From NCBI GenBank assembly GCA_020137815.1, contig CM035350.1, positions 2,542,001 to 2,606,000 of the forward strand: a stretch of DNA of 64,000 nucleotides, given 5' to 3'. This stretch comes from Hormiphora californensis. Its lineage: Eukaryota; Animalia; Ctenophora. A model generated the notes under the pieces. That model was not told the origin of the DNA. It searched no databases and saw only the letters and a program-made list of their open reading frames with translations. Each line of letters opens with the position of its first letter. The first letter of the stretch is position 1. Positions 63,840 to 64,000 of the stretch are shown here, one piece after another. The position numbers and the translations under genes are program-made.

Positions 63840-64000
63840 GACAAGTGTGACGCGAGAGAGAGAGAGTGGGTTGTTTGTTTGTGTAACTTACAGTGGGGAG
63901 TATTCAAAATCATCAGTTGAAATCATGATATATCAGGTCTCATACACGGTGGCCGGTAGGGAGTGACATACTGTAGGGCGCGAGTATAAGGGTGCAGAGA

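Overview
Compact, intron-rich animal genomic DNA, not prokaryotic. It is probably a ctenophore: the 109-bp CAGGAACCGACC element matches my recollection of Pleurobrachia repeats, which is inference and was not searched. Genes reconstructed by hand on the + strand: a LINE ORF1-like ORF, FAHD1, two divergent tandem JNK/p38-like MAP kinases, PRDM6, a nested intronless GPCR and IST1. On the - strand: NHP2, DDX24, three tandem RPS13 copies, CISD (with an acidic ORF nested in its intron) and an SLC13 transporter. Introns and spacers are full of non-autonomous DNA transposons, many of them 0.4-1.4 kb near-perfect palindromes with readable target-site duplications (TSDs), plus CRE-like and RNase H retroelement remnants, Helitron-like ends and satellites. 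Main leads: (1) an operon-like run CISD>RPS13x3>DDX24>NHP2, with short spacers and an AG acceptor just before nearly every ATG, as expected for SL trans-splicing; (2) an RPS13 array with one intronless copy and one chimeric copy; (3) a GC-rich structured segment just upstream of that array; (4) arm-to-arm homogenisation in palindromic MITEs; (5) MAPKs with non-canonical activation motifs (TRA, SPY); (6) an unknown YGWGFR/HIG repeat-protein remnant on both strands around an inverted-repeat pair. The first ~10 kb and some later patches show indels typical of long-read error, so frameshifts there do not prove pseudogenes. Exon boundaries were read by eye.
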